Source: Candidatus Methylomirabilota bacterium
GTDB lineage: Bacteria > Methylomirabilota > Methylomirabilia > Rokubacteriales > DASRDR01
Direction of reading: 5' to 3'
Length of the DNA: 64,000 bases
Assembly: GCA_036005065.1 (NCBI GenBank)
Contig: DASYQW010000062.1
Location: 569 to 64,568 of the forward strand
Shown: positions 63,239-64,000 of the stretch, one piece after another
How positions within the stretch are numbered: the first letter of the stretch is position 1
Layout: each line of letters starts with the position of its first letter
Notes under the pieces: generated by a model
What the model was told of the DNA's origin: nothing
What the model saw: the letters and a program-made list of their open reading frames with translations, nothing else
Databases searched by the model: none
Translations under genes and position numbers: made by a program

Positions 63239-64000
63239 CCGCTCCGCCCGGCCGGGCGGGCCCGGCCGAGGAGCTGAGCGGCCGCCAGGAGCCCGACCGA
63301 GATGACGATGAGGAGAGTCGAGATGGCGGCGATGGTGGGATCGATCTGGTCACGGAGGGCGCTGAACATCCTCCGCGTCAGGGTGGCGTTCTCGCCGCCC
63401 GAGATGAAGAGGGCGACCACGACCTCGTCGAGCGACGTGATGAACGCGAACAGGGCCGCCGAGACCAGGGAATGGCGGATCTGGGGCAGCGTGACGGTCA
63501 GGACGGCCCGGAGGCGGCTCGCCCCGAGGCTCCGGGCGACCATCTCCTGGGTCATGTCGAACGAGGCGAGCCCCGCGGTCACGGTCACCACCACGAACGG
63601 CAGGGCCAGGAGCGTGTGCGCCAGCACCAGGCCGAGGAGCGTGTTGACCAGCTCGAGCTTCGCGTAGAGGTAGAAGAGCCCGATGGCCACCAGGATGGCC
63701 GGGACCATCTGGGGCGCCAGGAGCAGCACCTGCGCCGCCCGGCTCCATCGCCACCGCGTCACCGCCAGGCCGTAAGCGGCGGCCGTCCCCAGGACGGTCG
63801 CCGCCACGGTGGTCACCAGCGCCGCCCGCACGCTCACCCAGGTGGCATCGCGCCACTCGACGGAGCCGAAGAAGGCCCGGTAGTTCCGCAAGGACCACTG
63901 GCGCGGCGGAAACTCGAGATAGACCGTGTCCGAGAACGACATGGGGATCACGACCAGCACCGGGAGCACCAGGAACAGGGCGATCAGCCCACCCAGGACG
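63235..64000 (-). CDS. PotC-like polyamine/opine ABC permease, 5' partial
   Basis: VVIPMSFS, EMVARSLGAS, FITSLDEVVVALF, DPTIAAIST. The frame runs off the window end. Confidence 0.88.
   Translation of the reverse strand, partial: VLGGLIALFLVLPVLVVIPMSFSDTVYLEFPPRQWSLRNYRAFFGSVEWRDATWVSVRAALVTTVAATVLGTAAAYGLAVTRWRWSRAAQVLLLAPQMVPAILVAIGLFYLYAKLELVNTLLGLVLAHTLLALPFVVVTVTAGLASFDMTQEMVARSLGASRLRAVLTVTLPQIRHSLVSAALFAFITSLDEVVVALFISGGENATLTRRMFSALRDQIDPTIAAISTLLIVISVGLLAAAQLLGRARPAGRSG

Noticed and set aside
57-63898. The many long antisense and alternative-frame ORFs in the track (e.g. 9084-11240, 25007-27253, 42640-44802, 61265-63277)
   Set aside because: They overlap well-supported genes, are Arg/Pro/Gly/Ala-rich with no motifs, and are expected from stop-codon scarcity in high-GC DNA.

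Overview
A 64 kb, very GC-rich bacterial window made up almost entirely of solute-uptake and catabolic genes. It has two Dpp-type, one sugar-type, one Liv-type, one NitT/TauT-type and a partial Pot-type ABC system, a TRAP system, two GntR regulators and many amidohydrolases, peptidases and oxidoreductases. This gene complement resembles Ca. Rokubacteria/Methylomirabilota genomes (inference only). No rRNA, tRNA, CRISPR array or intact transposase was recognised. The most interesting non-routine signals are: (1) a compact operon at 33955-34996 that the ORF track partly hides: a sigma70-like promoter, a small Cys/His-rich metallothionein-like ORF, ribosomal protein bS21 (rpsU), and an RRM RNA-binding protein whose only plausible start codon is AUU behind a strong SD; (2) a dispersed family of composite hairpin repeats with compensatory base changes, two inverted copies of which bracket a vapBC toxin-antitoxin cassette with its own promoter/operator; (3) a ~50 bp element duplicated upstream of livK and livH, which are separated by an oppositely oriented TRAP/GntR block; (4) several uncharacterised catabolic operons. 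All calls come from reading motifs by eye; no searches were run.
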